A stretch of 48,295 bases of DNA from Chiloscyllium plagiosum. Its lineage: Eukaryota. The notes beneath the pieces are model-generated. The model made no database searches. It was not told the DNA's origin and saw nothing but the letters and a program-made list of their open reading frames with translations. Below are positions 47,776-48,295 of the stretch, piece after piece. The position numbers and the translations under genes were made by a program. Every line of letters starts with the position of its first letter. Positions within the stretch are counted from its first letter, which is position 1. The DNA lies in NCBI RefSeq assembly GCF_004010195.1, contig NC_057719.1, positions 41,640,910-41,689,204 on the forward strand. The letters are read 5' to 3'.

Positions 47776-48295
47776 GAGTCATAGAGTTATAGAGATGTGT
47801 ACAGCATGGAAACAGACCCTTCGGTCCAACCCATCCATGCCGACCAGATATCCCAACCCAATCTAGTCCCACCTGCCAGCACCCGGCCCATATCCCTCCA
47901 AACCCTTCCTATTCATATACCCATCCAAATGCCTCTTAAATGTTGCAATTGTACCAGCCTCACCACATCCTCTGGCAGCTCATTCTATACACGTGCCATT
48001 CTCTGTGTGAAAAAGTTGTCCCGTAGGTCTCATTTATATCTTTCCCCTCTTACCCTAAACCTATGCCCTCTAGTTCTGGTTCCCCGACTCCAGGGAAAAG
48101 ATTTTGTCTATTTATCCTATCCATGACCCTCATAATTTTGTAAACCTCTGTAAGGTCACCCCTCAGCCTCCGATGTTCCTGGGAAAACAGCCCCAGCCTT
48201 TTCAGCCTCTCCCAATAGTTCAAATCCTCCAACCCTGGCAACATCTTTTCTGAACCTTTTCAAGTTTCATAACACCTTTCCAATAGGAAGGAGAC
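47776..48295 (-). mobile_element. CR1 (HER1-like) LINE 3' end, runs off the window
   Basis: YWERLKRLGLFSQEHRRLRGDLTEVYKIM. Tail GGACCGAAGGGTCTGTTTCCATGCTGTA plus (ACTCTAT)-like repeats. Confidence 0.9.

Overview
Non-coding, repeat-rich vertebrate genomic DNA, most likely from a shark or ray (inferred from the HE1-type SINEs with matching CR1/HER1-type LINE tails). I find no intact, recognisable host gene; almost all listed ORFs are transposon fragments or chance. The window holds many CR1 LINE 3' fragments, tRNA-derived SINEs, a Rex1/Babar end, an L1/Tx1 end, a solo LTR, a gypsy remnant, two MITEs and a 979-N gap. The most notable signal is three distinct Penelope-like (PLE) families, about 12 insertions in total. 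Each family ends in a minimal type I hammerhead ribozyme motif (CTGANGA-stem II-GAAA-palindromic 4-mer-NH). Many insertions are only 90-270 bp ribozyme-centred units. They begin at the ribozyme's 5' edge and/or form fold-back palindromes lacking a ~35-nt tail, and are bounded by 6-17 bp target-site duplications (TSDs). All calls are by eye; no searches or folding were run.
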